Of a stretch of 24,000 nt of DNA, positions 6,955 to 14,113 are shown in pieces; the stretch's first letter is position 1, and each line of letters opens with the position of its first letter. The stretch is from Collinsella sp. An307 (lineage in GTDB: Bacteria; Actinomycetota; Coriobacteriia; Coriobacteriales; Coriobacteriaceae): positions 22,341-46,340 of the forward strand of contig NZ_NFIP01000003.1 of the NCBI RefSeq assembly GCF_002161805.1, written 5' to 3'. The notes under the pieces were generated by a model. It saw nothing but the letters and a program-made list of their open reading frames with translations, ran no database searches and was not told the DNA's origin. The translations under genes and the position numbers were made by a program.

Positions 6955-7434
6955 TTATTCCGTCTCCCTGCTCTTGCGGTATTCCGCGAGCCTGTCGTTC
7001 AATTCGCGGGTCTCGCGGCTCAGCTTGGCGTTGAAAACAAGAGTGAGGACCGCCAGGATGGTGAGATAGACAACCGTGAAGGTAATCCACGCCCCGGGGT
7101 TGTTCACGGGAATCCAAGCAAAGATAAACGCCAATGCGCAGAGGGCTGCGTAGAGGCAAACGCCGAACAGCACCAGGCGCGTGGGATACGCCATCCGTCT
7201 GATCACCGCGGGCGTGAAGAACACGAGCTGCAGCGCGGGGGCGGCGATGCACGCGGCGAGAATCGACCAGCAATAGTAAATGCCCTGCTTGGCGGTGTCA
7301 TCAGCGAAACAAGTCCCTAATGCCAAGAAGGCTATCATGGCAACAGTGAAGCCGATACAGATACTTTTCACGAGTTGTCCGAGGTTTTCCACGGGCGTCT
7401 TTTTATCGGTGTCGATAATGTTCCTGTTAATCAT
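6955..7434 (-). CDS. DUF3021-like integral membrane protein
   Basis: About four hydrophobic helices. A GGAAGGAAG RBS is present. The gene starts 25 nt downstream of the LytTR gene. The LytTR + DUF3021 pairing is a recurrent conserved neighbourhood. Confidence 0.75.
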   Translation of the reverse strand: MINRNIIDTDKKTPVENLGQLVKSICIGFTVAMIAFLALGTCFADDTAKQGIYYCWSILAACIAAPALQLVFFTPAVIRRMAYPTRLVLFGVCLYAALCALAFIFAWIPVNNPGAWITFTVVYLTILAVLTLVFNAKLSRETRELNDRLAEYRKSRETE

Positions 7435-7459
7435 TTCAGTCTTCCTTCCTTCGTTTCGA

Positions 7460-7900
7460 CTACTTCAGACCGAGCTTCGATTTGACGTCGGGCGCATACT
7501 GGCGCGAGATAACGACCTGCTCACCGTTTTCCAAGGTGGCGATGATCCTGCCGTTGACGTCGGGCTTGAGGGCGGTGATCGCGCGGAAGTTGACGATGCA
7601 ACCTTTCGCGATGCGCAGGAAGTCACAGTCCGCCAGGCGCTCCTCCATCTCGTAAAGGCGCAGGCTCGTCTCGAGAACCGTGTCGGCCGTATAAATGAAC
7701 GTGTGCTTGTCGACCGACTCGATGAACAGGACGTCTTCTGCGCTCAGCACGCGCGTGCAGCCGTCGGCCGTGCCCGTCACTTTTCTGTCAAGCATGCGCA
7801 GCCGAGCCGCTATATCAAGCACGCGGCGATCGGCCCTTACGCAGACGATCGTGACTTCTATATCTTGAGCTGCTTCTTGTTCTTCGATCGTGATCTTCAT
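7460..7900 (-). CDS. LytTR-family DNA-binding protein (no receiver domain)
   Basis: The C-terminal region ...DVLFIESVDKHTFIYTADTVLETSLRLYEMEERL...FLRIAKGCIVNFRAITALK matches the LytTR domain pattern. A GGGAG RBS is present. Confidence 0.85.
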   Translation of the reverse strand: MKITIEEQEAAQDIEVTIVCVRADRRVLDIAARLRMLDRKVTGTADGCTRVLSAEDVLFIESVDKHTFIYTADTVLETSLRLYEMEERLADCDFLRIAKGCIVNFRAITALKPDVNGRIIATLENGEQVVISRQYAPDVKSKLGLK

Positions 7901-8192
7901 GCGTCTCCCTTCGGACCGCTCTCATGCTAGCTGACGAAGATAGCTGAACCTTCGGCGTTCAACCAAGCTGCGCTGTCGAGGAACCAAGATGCAGACTGGG
8001 CGAGCTGAACAGCATAAGAGACTGCAGCCGCGCATCCTCAGATCGAGCTCGAAACAGCAGTCCTTGCCGCTCATGAACACCGGCGCATGAAACGCCATGC
8101 TCAAGAGCGCTTAGCTTGAAACCCCCTCGCATGCAGCTATCGAATCTGGGATGCTGCCCGATTGGTCGTGCACGACGACGAGCGTACAATAG

Positions 8193-8408
8193 GTGGAAAC
8201 CAACAAGAACCTGCCCTCCATGCCAACTCCGTCACCTGACGTGATGGGCGATCTGATTGCTCTTCTGGATTGCCTTGAGAAGAACGCTGACGGAATCACT
8301 GAGCAGGACTCCCAGGAGACTGCATTTCTTCATGTTGTTCCTATTGGCAAACCCCGCCCCCAGTTGGAAGCCATCTTAGGCATATCAGCCTTGGAGACGG
8401 TGTTGTGA
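8193..8408 (+). CDS. Hypothetical small acidic protein (71 aa); doubtful
   Basis: GTG start 6 nt after a TACAAT box, so the mRNA would be leaderless. There is no RBS and no recognised domain. Confidence 0.25.
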   Translation: METNKNLPSMPTPSPDVMGDLIALLDCLEKNADGITEQDSQETAFLHVVPIGKPRPQLEAILGISALETVL

Positions 8409-8649
8409 CTCATTATTAGCCAGTCTTCGCTCGACGGAATCGGAGTTTGCGTCAACGCTGAGTTCGGGAGCGCATTGAGGTCATTCGCATTTCCTCATGC
8501 ATTTGAAAGTGGAACCGTTGAACTCTTGGGTGAATAAGCCGCCTGCGACGATTCTTTCGGTCATCGCTCTTGCACATCCCTTCTGGTCTGCGGGAACGTA
8601 AGACGGTACAGCCACTGGCTACGATTCACTTCGCTAAGAGGGAGGCCGA

Positions 8650-8931
8650 ATGCGGTCTCCCTCGTTTTTCTCGTACCTTATCGTGTATGCCGTGATGTTT
8701 GATCAAATTGGATACACGCAAGCCAACGGCACTATCTATCTGCATGAACGAGACGAATATGTTGTCCTGCTCCATCGGGAGAACAATGGTGTCCTATTGA
8801 TGGGGTCGAGCGCCAGGCCGACGGGGGCCTTTTGCTTCGGGAACAAAACGCGAAAAGAGTGCGCTCATAGTGGACTCATGTGGTTTCGGGTGCACTCACG
8901 TGCGGCTTCACGAGGACGTTTCGCGAGCTAG
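8650..8931 (+). CDS. Hypothetical protein (93 aa); doubtful
   Basis: A strong GAGGGAGG RBS lies 5 nt upstream of the ATG, but the protein sequence is unremarkable and the 3' part runs into GC-rich non-coding DNA. Confidence 0.3.
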   Translation: MRSPSFFSYLIVYAVMFDQIGYTQANGTIYLHERDEYVVLLHRENNGVLLMGSSARPTGAFCFGNKTRKECAHSGLMWFRVHSRAASRGRFAS

Positions 8932-9494
8932 AGCTTCTGGCGATGATTGCTTTCGGATGGAGCTCTTCCCGCGGCCTGCGGGCAATATTCCTGAGCTCGC
9001 GGACCGTGGACAGGGTTGAAGGCCATCCGGCGCCGTCCTGGCTGGATCTCTCTCGGTGTCTTCGGTCTTTCGAATCTTATGGTTGGGCCGAAAGGTGGAC
9101 CGTACCCCGGATCTCGGGGTACGGCGCCGTGACCAGGTCGCGTTGGCGCCTATGGCTTCCGCTCGGGACGGGCAGTCATCCGCGACCGCGCGCACTGCGC
9201 ATTAGCGGGCATCCGGCCCCTTGCTATCGGGTTGATTCGATCGCGTCCCCTGGGGTGGGCGGTGTCCTCAACCGCGGCGCGTGCCCCCTCTTGGCATCCC
9301 GGCGTCTCCAGCCAGTGTTGGACTGCTGCTGTCGCCTGTGCGTTGCTTTGCGTTTCATGCATAATGCCAACCGCCCCGCAACATCACGTTCGCAGCGCGC
9401 AGGGACCGGAGAATCTTCACGAGGAGAGTTGGCGTCTAAGACCTTGTATCGTATAGTATGTATAGCACAGTATACGACGAGGGGAGGTGTACGG

Positions 9495-9815
9495 ATGGAG
9501 GCCCAGATGAAGCGCGGCTTCCTCGAGGCCTGCGTGCTCGCGGCCGTCTCGGGCGAGGAGTCCTACGGCTACCAGATCGTGAAGGACGTGCCCGCGAGCA
9601 TGGGGCTCACGGAGTCGACGCTCTACCCGCTGCTCAAGCGCCTGGAGAAAGCCGGATGCATCACGGCGCGCTCCGCCGAGCACAACGGTCGGCTGCGGCG
9701 CTACTACCGCATCACGGACGAAGGCCGCGAGCGCATCGAGGAGTTCCTGGCCGAGTGGCCGTCCGTGCAGGAGATCTACGCATACGTTGAGGAGGCGCAC
9801 CATGATGCGCGATGA
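9495..9815 (+). CDS. PadR-family transcriptional regulator
   Basis: MEAQMKRGFLEACVLAAVSGEESYGYQIVKDV...TLYPLLKRLEKAGCI...RRYYRITDEG is a canonical PadR winged helix. A GAGGGGAGG RBS is present. The 205 upstream codons of the tracked ORF were rejected. Confidence 0.9.
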   Translation: MEAQMKRGFLEACVLAAVSGEESYGYQIVKDVPASMGLTESTLYPLLKRLEKAGCITARSAEHNGRLRRYYRITDEGRERIEEFLAEWPSVQEIYAYVEEAHHDAR

Positions 9816-10425
9816 GTTCCTGGGCCGGCTGGGCGAGCTGCTCTCCTGCCTTCCGGCCGAGCAGGTGGAGGAGACCAAGGCTTTCTACGCGGAGGCCATC
9901 GCCGACCGCATGGAGGACGGTATGAGCGAGGAGGAGGCCGTGGCCGCCATGGGCACGCCCGGCGAGGTGGCGGAGGCCACGCTCGACGACCTGCCCGCCG
10001 TGCCGCGCGCGATCGCGAGGACGCGCCGGCGCAGCACCGCGCTGCTGTGGGTGCTGACCATCGTGGGCTCCCCGGTGTGGGTGCCTCTGCTCGCCGCCTT
10101 CGCCGCCGTGGCCGTCACGGTCTATATCTGCATCTGGGTGCTGGCGCTCTGCGTGTGGATCGTCGCGGCGGCGCTCGGGGGCGTGGGCGTAGTTGAGCTC
10201 CTGTTTGCCGTAAGCGGCGTCACCATCGGCCATTTCCCGTACGCCCTCGCCTCGGCGGGCGTGGGGCTCGGCCTCGTCGGCGCGGCGCTCTTCGTTGGTG
10301 CTGGCGCTTGGGCCGCCTCAAAACAAATTGCGCGCCTCTCGGCGCTCTGGGCGAGGAAGGTCGCCTCGCCCTTCTGGAAGGACAGGGGCGAGAAGGGCGG
10401 CGTGGCCGCGCACCTCGCGGCATAG
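9802..10425 (+). CDS. DUF1700-like membrane protein (PadR-associated)
   Basis: MMRDEFLGRLGELLSCLPAEQVEETKAFYAEAIADRMEDGMSEEEAVAAMGTPGEVA is typical of the DUF1700 N-terminus and is followed by TM helices. The start overlaps the end of padR. A GAGGAGG RBS is present. Confidence 0.8.
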   Translation: MMRDEFLGRLGELLSCLPAEQVEETKAFYAEAIADRMEDGMSEEEAVAAMGTPGEVAEATLDDLPAVPRAIARTRRRSTALLWVLTIVGSPVWVPLLAAFAAVAVTVYICIWVLALCVWIVAAALGGVGVVELLFAVSGVTIGHFPYALASAGVGLGLVGAALFVGAGAWAASKQIARLSALWARKVASPFWKDRGEKGGVAAHLAA

Positions 10426-10440
10426 GAAGGAGAGTGCATC

Positions 10441-10722
10441 ATGACCAGCGCGAAGAAGATCCACCTCGCCGTGGCGGGAGGGCTCGTCGCCGCGGGCGTC
10501 GTCCTCGCGGGCACCGGCTTTATCGCCTCGGGCTTCGACCCGGCCGTCTTCACGACCCAGATAGACATGCGCGACGACACCATCGTGCTCGGCGGCGTCG
10601 AGGTGGACGACCCGACGGGCCTCCCCCTCATCGAGCAGCTCGCTGGAATCGGCGAGGTCGACACCTCCGGCATCACCGCGTCCGAGTCCCCTGCTGCCCC
10701 GGAGGCGCCCACCGCTCCCTAA
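10441..10722 (+). pseudogene. Truncated third gene of the PadR operon (DUF4097-like N-terminus only)
   Basis: The N-terminal TM anchor (IHLAVAGGLVAAGVVLAGTGFIA) is typical of the DUF4097 proteins that follow PadR-DUF1700. Only 93 codons remain before the IS481-type remnant begins. Confidence 0.45.
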
Positions 10723-10724
10723 GC

Positions 10725-11010
10725 ATAGCGCGCCCGGCGCCAGCCCGGGCGGGGCGAGCGGCAGCGACGAGCGCGCCTCGCGGACCCGGTCCTCGACCTC
10801 GCGCGGCGTGGACCTCGCGAGCCTGCGCGGGCGGCTACTGCGGTCGGACATGGGCTCTCCGGACCTGCTGCGGCGCAGCCACTTGCTCGCCGTCTGGCGG
10901 TTGACGCCCATCTGACGCGCGGTCTCGGCGACGCCGAGGCCGGACTCTATGCGCGAGACGAGCGTCTCGCGTCCCCTCGGGGTGAGCCTTGCGTTAGGAT
11001 GTTGCTCCAT
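10725..11010 (-). pseudogene. IS481-family transposase, N-terminal HTH fragment only
   Basis: MEQHPNARLTPRGRETLVSRIESGLGVAETARQMGVNRQTASKWLRR...DRSSRPRR is the characteristic IS481-type N-terminus. No DDE catalytic domain follows. The long tracked ORF (10318-11046) continues as a shadow of the PadR operon. Confidence 0.65.
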
Positions 11011-11119
11011 GGGAGGGCTCCTCTGCTGTTCGTCTAGACAACTCACAGCATGTGGGAGCCCTCCCTATTTGTCACTACCCGGGTGTAAACAACCTATTGG
11101 CACAGAACAGCTAGAACAA

Positions 11120-11174
11120 CCGCCGCCCGCCTCACTGCGCCGAGAAACCCCCGGCGCCGTGAGGCGGGCGGCGG
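11120..11174. other. Very stable GC-rich hairpin
   Basis: A 16-bp perfect stem (CCGCCGCCCGCCTCAC 11120-11135 pairs with GTGAGGCGGGCGGCGG 11159-11174). An additional GCGCC/GGCGC pairing is possible inside the loop. No clear T-run on either strand. Confidence 0.55.
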
Positions 11175-11267
11175 AGTGAGCCAACAGCAAAGCCACGCCG
11201 CTAGTAGTAGCCTGTCACCAGCAATCTGCAAGTCACTAGCACCCCACAGCCGTGCCGACAGCATCCC

Positions 11268-11297
11268 TTGGTCGCCATATCAGCCGCACGGTATAAT
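11268..11297 (+). promoter_or_regulatory. Candidate sigma-70-type promoter for the 2-TM/protease operon
   Basis: TTGGTC (11268-11273), an 18-nt spacer, then TATAAT (11292-11297), about 90 nt upstream of the GTG start. Confidence 0.35.
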
Positions 11298-11387
11298 CTA
11301 TCCATCGATATATTGGTTGAACCATGGCGTCTCTGCTGTGACCATAAACCTCCGCAAGACGCTAGGACCTTGTTCTAAGGAGATCTG

Positions 11388-11930
11388 GTGGAGAAAGGTC
11401 AAGAGAACCCACCACAAGACCAGGCGCTTGCCCATAGAGTCAGGTGGGCTGACCTCGACAGCGTATTCGAGCACATGGGCGACAATACTAGCGTTGGAGA
11501 GGCAAGTAACGGCATCCACCTCATAAATGACCGGGAGCACGTCGCCGTGCGCCAGGACCACGAGGTTCGCATTCCCAATGAATACCTGCAGGAATCATAC
11601 GTCGGACAGCGCGACAGCGACCTGAGAAAAGCAAGGGAGATGCTCCTTCAGGCCAAGCAGGAACGCCCTTCCTACAAACCTGACATCCTTTTAGGTCTTG
11701 CGACAACGTTCCTGGGCTGGTTTCTCGGGGGTTTGTCGTCATCTGTCAATCTCGCATCTTTGCCCGGTATCTTGATGCTCTGCGTAGCACCGTGTGGCGC
11801 AGTAGGACTCTTTGTCGCTTTTATCTTTATCCGAAAAGAAGAGAAGCAGGGCAAATCTGATCTGGCCGAGCGCGTCCTAGAACACCTGGCGGATCCCGAT
11901 GACAAGGAGACCAAGACCGATGAACATTAA
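11388..11930 (+). CDS. Two-TM membrane protein with a ~95-aa cytoplasmic N-domain, function unknown
   Basis: GTG start 5 nt after AAGGAG. Two hydrophobic helices are present (ILLGLATTFLGWFLGGLSS and LPGILMLCVAPCGAVGLFVAFIFI). The tail is acidic. The stop overlaps the downstream ATG. Confidence 0.7.
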   Translation: MEKGQENPPQDQALAHRVRWADLDSVFEHMGDNTSVGEASNGIHLINDREHVAVRQDHEVRIPNEYLQESYVGQRDSDLRKAREMLLQAKQERPSYKPDILLGLATTFLGWFLGGLSSSVNLASLPGILMLCVAPCGAVGLFVAFIFIRKEEKQGKSDLAERVLEHLADPDDKETKTDEH

Positions 11931-12684
11931 TGATACGAGCACACAGCTGCTCTTTACCACGGTCCCTATCGTGGGCATTACTACCGAAGGCACGGGCGTC
12001 TCGGGTACAGGATTCTTCTTTTCCTATGACCTTGAAGACGGGCGAAACGTGCCCCTGCTCATTACCAATCACCATGTCCTCAAGGATGTGATTCAGGGTC
12101 GCTTCGTCATCAATCTGGCCGAAGGTGACGCCCCGTCACGCGAGACCATCAGCGTGAACTTCGACAAGTCATTCATCGAGGGGAAGAAGCTCGGAGAGCT
12201 CGACTTGGTTGCGATGCCGGTGGCCCCTGTTCTCAGCATGCTTGAAGAAAACGGGAAGAGGCCCTTCTACCGATCCATCGACTCTGGACTCATCCCGAAG
12301 AAGAGTGTGCTGGACAATTTGGCGGCGCTCGAGCAAATCACCTTTATCGGATACCCCAGCGGGCTCTACGACGACTACAACAAGACCCCCCTCATCAGGC
12401 AAGGCTGGACTTCCACGCCCGCTTGGAACGACTACAAGGGTAAGCGCGAGTTCCTCGTTGACGCATCTGTATTCGAGGGCTCCAGCGGCAGTCCCGCCTT
12501 CATTCTCAACCAGGGCAGCTATCCCACGACCGACGGAATTGCCATCGGCTCCAGGCTGCTGTTCATGGGCGTAATCACTCAAACGATTACGAAGGAGAAG
12601 AGTGAGCACCTCGATTTAGGTACAGTCATCAGAAGCGACGCGATGCTCGTCAAGCTCAAACCTTTCGTGGAAGGTCTGCTGTAG
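11920..12684 (+). CDS. Cytoplasmic trypsin/chymotrypsin-fold serine protease (Trypsin_2-like)
   Basis: Catalytic triad candidates are His in LLITNHHVL, Asp in GELDLVAM, and Ser in FEGSSGSPAF (Ser codon 12484-12486). There is no signal peptide, TM segment or PDZ domain. ATG 11920 overlaps the upstream gene end; an alternative start is at 11899. Confidence 0.85.
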   Translation: MNINDTSTQLLFTTVPIVGITTEGTGVSGTGFFFSYDLEDGRNVPLLITNHHVLKDVIQGRFVINLAEGDAPSRETISVNFDKSFIEGKKLGELDLVAMPVAPVLSMLEENGKRPFYRSIDSGLIPKKSVLDNLAALEQITFIGYPSGLYDDYNKTPLIRQGWTSTPAWNDYKGKREFLVDASVFEGSSGSPAFILNQGSYPTTDGIAIGSRLLFMGVITQTITKEKSEHLDLGTVIRSDAMLVKLKPFVEGLL

Positions 12685-13007
12685 CTAAGAGCGCCGTCAA
12701 AAGCAGTGACGCCCCTTTGCTCCTTTCCCTAGGATGAGGTGACTGAGCTCGGTATGCTGGTTGACATCTGGCTCCCCAACGGCTCATAGTACAGACACAT
12801 GGAAAGCCTTCGGGTTTTGTAAGGGCGGGACCCACTGGGCCTCGCTCTTGTTAAAGGCTTTAGCCTGTGCGCCGCGCGCAGCGCGGCGCATCAGAAACCA
12901 CCCGCTATGCGGGTGGCGCCAACCGGCTTTACAAAGCCGCCCCCTCGCCGGACACTTGCGATTGTTCAGGCCGCAGGGAATCCGAGTGGGGAGGGCGGTG
13001 ATGGCGT

Positions 13008-13478
13008 ATGGCCCAGAAGGCCTACAGCCTGTCGCACGCGAAGTGGATGTGCAGGCACCACGTCGTGTTCACGCCGAAGCGTAGGCGCAAAGTCGTCTAC
13101 AACCAAGTGAGGGCCGACCTTGGGGAGATCTTCAGGAAGCTCTGCCGGTACAAGGGGATGGAGATCATCGAGGGGCACCTGATGCCCGACCACGTCCATA
13201 TGCTGCTGGCGATACCGCCGAAGTACAGCGTGTCCAGCGTGATGGGCTGCCTGAAGGGGAAGAGCTCGCTGATGATATTCGACAGGCACGCGAACATGAG
13301 GTACAAGTTCGGCAACAGGAAGTTCTGGGCCGAGGGCTACTACGTGTCCACCGTCGGCCTGAACGAGGCGACGATCGCGAAGTACATCCGGGAGCAGGAG
13401 AAGGCCGACATCGCGCTCGACCGGCTGAGCGTCAAGGAGTACGAGGACCCCTTCGATAGGGGGCCGAAGCGGAAATAG
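13008..13478 (+). CDS. tnpA: IS200/IS605 family Y1 (HUH) transposase TnpA
   Basis: HHVVFTPKRRRKV, the HUH motif in PDHVHMLL, and the catalytic Tyr region EGYYVSTVG match the family. The length (156 aa) is typical. Confidence 0.9.
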   Translation: MAQKAYSLSHAKWMCRHHVVFTPKRRRKVVYNQVRADLGEIFRKLCRYKGMEIIEGHLMPDHVHMLLAIPPKYSVSSVMGCLKGKSSLMIFDRHANMRYKFGNRKFWAEGYYVSTVGLNEATIAKYIREQEKADIALDRLSVKEYEDPFDRGPKRK

Positions 13479-13586
13479 CGCCGGTTCGACCGGCCCGTCA
13501 CGGGTCAATCTGCATGCGGCCCGAACCCCGTGAGGGCCGGCGCCTTTAGACGCGTGCCGGCAACCCAAGGGTTATACCCTAAGAGC

Positions 13587-13613
13587 AAACCACCCCTTTT
13601 AGGGGTGGTTTTG
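13587..13613 (+). terminator. Terminator hairpin at the IS200 right end
   Basis: AAACCACCCC pairs with GGGGTGGTTT around a T-rich loop and runs into TTTT. Confidence 0.65.
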
Positions 13614-13637
13614 ATTATCTGCCCCGATAAGGAGCCC

Positions 13638-13700
13638 CTGGCGAGAGAGCTCAGCATATTCGTGGACGAGAGCGGCGACCGAGGCGGCAAGGCGCGCTAC
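13638..13700 (+). pseudogene. DUF3800-like gene start (about 20 codons only)
   Basis: An AAGGAG is followed by ...ELSIFVDESGDRGGKARY. The (I/F)xDESGD motif is the hallmark N-terminus of DUF3800 proteins. The frame then degenerates. Confidence 0.4.
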
Positions 13701-13708
13701 AATATAAG

Positions 13709-14099
13709 GAGCTGGACGAAGACGAGAAGTCGTTCGAGAAGCTCGGCATTACATTCGAGGAGAAGGCCTTCTGCGACATCCTCGTGAAGGTGCGCAACGA
13801 GCATGGCTTTCCCTACGAGGAGGAGAAGTACCTTGTTCTCGCCAAGGCTATCAAGGAACCCGTCGACGACAAGGCTCAATACGCTGACTGGTCAACGCGT
13901 GATAACATTATAAAACCAGCTCAACATGGACCTTACCGTTCTGCTTTATAAGAACGGTTATCCGCAGGAGCGGGACGAAGAGGTATCTGAGAAGGTCCTG
14001 GAACAAACTGAAAACCTCAAGGCAGAATCGAACTGCAGCTTCGAAGCGATGAAATGGTCAAAACAGGCAACATCTGATTTGCAACGTCGAACAGCATAG
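13709..14099 (+). pseudogene. hsdR: Type I restriction enzyme R subunit (HsdR) C-terminal fragment, frameshifted
   Basis: ELDEDEKSFEKLGITFEEKAFCDILVKVRNEHGF...LAKAIKEPVDDKAQYADWSTRDNI, then after a +1 shift near the A-run at 13912-13915, QLNMDLTVLLYKNGYPQERDEEVSEKVLEQTENL. This matches the HsdR C-terminal (DUF3387-type) pattern ...AFYD.L...DW..R......L..L..L.K.GYPP......V..Q.E. There is no helicase or nuclease part. Confidence 0.6.
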
Positions 14100-14113
14100 C
14101 TAAGGACTATCAA

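Larger units (their letters stand above)
12790..13615 (+). mobile_element. IS200/IS605-family insertion sequence (boundaries approximate)
   Basis: A single Y1 transposase gene. The left end has stacked perfect hairpins (TGCGCCGCGC/GCGCGGCGCA about 12876-12898; CCACCCGC/GCGGGTGG about 12900-12918). The right end has a terminator hairpin. No inverted repeats are present, as expected for this family. Confidence 0.75.

Noticed and set aside
7280-7930. 216-aa ORF on the + strand
   Set aside because: It is antisense to the LytTR and DUF3021 genes, both of which have RBSs and family-typical sequences.
8481-8564. 27-codon ORF on the - strand (MTERIVAGGLFTQEFNGSTFKCMRKCE*) as a possible small peptide or RiPP precursor
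   Set aside because: The RBS is weak and poorly spaced, there are no adjacent maturation genes, and nothing distinguishes it from a chance ORF.
8880-9494. A 205-codon N-terminal extension of the PadR ORF (tracked as a 311-aa protein)
   Set aside because: PadR proteins are about 100-110 aa. A strong RBS precedes the internal ATG at 9495. The extension is low-complexity and open only because of GC richness.
9417-10904. Overlapping ORFs 9417-9878(-), 9712-10233(-), 10122-10712(-), 10308-10904(+) and 10318-10724(-)
   Set aside because: They are shadow frames of the GC-rich PadR/DUF1700/DUF4097 genes, with Arg/Pro/Gly/Ala-dominated products. Only the 10725-11010 part of 10318-11046 shows transposase-like sequence.
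11176-11561. ORFs 11176-11526 (+) and 11298-11561 (-) upstream of or overlapping the 2-TM gene
   Set aside because: They overlap the predicted promoter, leader and start of the RBS-supported GTG-start gene. They have no RBS and no recognisable features.
12966-13568. 200-aa ORF on the - strand
   Set aside because: It is antisense to the IS200 tnpA gene, which has the HUH and catalytic Tyr motifs.
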